In this document: positions 63,788 to 64,000 of the stretch, piece by piece
Position numbering within the stretch: the stretch's first letter is position 1
Layout: each line of letters opens with the position of its first letter
NCBI GenBank assembly: GCA_032718475.1
Contig: JAUCBJ010008675.1
Location: 1-64,000 of the forward strand
Origin: Nemertoderma westbladi
Lineage: Eukaryota > Animalia > Xenacoelomorpha
Length of the DNA: 64,000 bases
Direction of reading: 5' to 3'
The notes under the pieces: model-generated
Told to the model about the DNA's origin: nothing
Database searches by the model: none
Seen by the model: the letters and a program-made list of their open reading frames with translations, nothing else
Program-made: the position numbers and the translations under genes

Positions 63788-64000
63788 CACCTTGGTGTAG
63801 TGGTTGCATTGAATTCACATCTCCTGTAGGTCGTGGGTTCGATCCTCACATGGGCCAGGGCAGTTTTCGTTTCGGCACGAATGCTTTAAAGGGACCAGCC
63901 AGGGCGCATCTCTGCCTTGCATCCTTAAGTGGTAGCTAAATGAGTACTGGAGTTTCCTCTGGGGAGTAAAGTTCTGGGGGGACCGCACTGGAAATAAGTC
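63788..64000 (+). mobile_element. tRNA-derived SINE (runs off window end)
   Basis: A box TGGTGTAGTGG, B box GGTTCGATCC, second copy at 54930-55227. Confidence 0.85.

Overview
AT-rich metazoan (invertebrate-like) genomic DNA. Bases 1-26755 are dominated by a very large BEL/Pao LTR retrotransposon on the minus strand (element M; at least about 18 kb once a nested block is removed, with its 3' end outside the window). Downstream of gag-pol it carries a separate accessory gene of about 1100 aa. This gene is not env: it has a WRN/EXD2/Mut-7-like DEDDy 3'-5' exonuclease domain followed by three zinc-knuckle-like motifs. The accessory gene is split at a CG dinucleotide by an 8.6-kb block (4071-12692) containing a second, diverged copy of the same family (P, plus strand). 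The LTR of P is cut in two, with its halves at opposite ends of the block, which is the pattern expected from integration of a circular DNA. The rest of the window holds three host genes: a GPR45/63-like GPCR exon, a MECOM/PRDM16 (hamlet/egl-43)-type zinc-finger gene with a reduced finger array, and an intronless REEP5/DP1. It also contains many MITEs, SINEs and LINE, THAP and DIRS relics. All similarity statements are by eye; no searches were run.
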